In this document: positions 7,727-7,926 of the stretch, piece after piece
Numbering within the stretch: the stretch's first letter is position 1
How the letters are laid out: each line of letters starts with the position of its first letter
DNA from: a virus
Lineage: Duplodnaviria > Heunggongvirae > Uroviricota > Caudoviricetes
DNA length: 7,926 nucleotides
Reading direction: 5' to 3' (one strand)
Virus record (IMG/VR): IMGVR_UViG_2648501390_000011
Span: 1 to 7,926 of that record
The notes under the pieces: model-generated
Databases searched by the model: none
Told to the model about the DNA's origin: nothing
What the model saw: only the letters and a program-made list of their open reading frames with translations
Made by a program: the position numbers and the translations under genes

Positions 7727-7926
7727 ATGGAAAAATATCAAGATGAGGAATATGTAGATGATTTAACTGAGCGTGTTTTTCTCATTAAGCAACAACTGGA
7801 AGCGGGAAAACTAAAAATAGCTCATCATCTTGTAGAAGGTTTTATTGAAAGTTTTAAAAGAATAAGGCTGCGACAGGATGGTAAAGTTGACCCTTCTACT
7901 GTTGATGGCAGAATAAGGGCTATGGG
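7727..7926 (+). CDS. Hypothetical protein, N-terminal 66 codons only (continues past the right edge); AT-rich accessory gene
   Basis: GGAG at 7718-7721 followed by ATG 7727. Own translation MEKYQDEEYVDDLTERVFLIKQQLEAGKLKIAHHLVEGFIESFKRIRLRQDGKVDPSTVDGRIRAM has no stop before the window end. By my count the first 64 nt are about 31% G+C, against about 52% in a sampled 60 nt of gpA. Confidence 0.55.
   Translation, partial: MEKYQDEEYVDDLTERVFLIKQQLEAGKLKIAHHLVEGFIESFKRIRLRQDGKVDPSTVDGRIRAM

Noticed and set aside
1-7926. CRISPR arrays, tRNA or rRNA genes, insertion-sequence inverted repeats
   Set aside because: No regularly spaced repeat array, no tRNA-like cloverleaf-sized conserved segment and no transposase-like ORF were seen. 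The attachment site or tRNA target would lie left of the integrase, outside the window.

Overview
This window is the early/immunity arm of a P2/186-family temperate prophage from an enterobacterial host, read here by eye from the sequence with no database search. Gene order matches coliphage 186: a leftward integrase (C-terminus off the left edge) and CI-type repressor, then a divergent switch region with a sigma70-like promoter and two operator-like dyads, followed rightward by an Apl/Cox-like HTH protein, a CII-like regulator, four small early ORFs (one a TraR/DksA-type zinc finger), a Dam-like N6-adenine methyltransferase and the gpA rolling-circle initiator. Downstream sits a near-consensus LexA box ahead of a small ORF and a DinI-family ORF, which looks like an SOS-inducible, possibly split Tum-type antirepressor module. 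After a GATC-rich spacer and an intrinsic terminator, an AT-rich ORF begins at 7727 and runs off the right edge. That position corresponds to the variable accessory/defence locus of P2-family phages, so it is the best candidate for the start of an undescribed system, but only 66 codons of it are visible.
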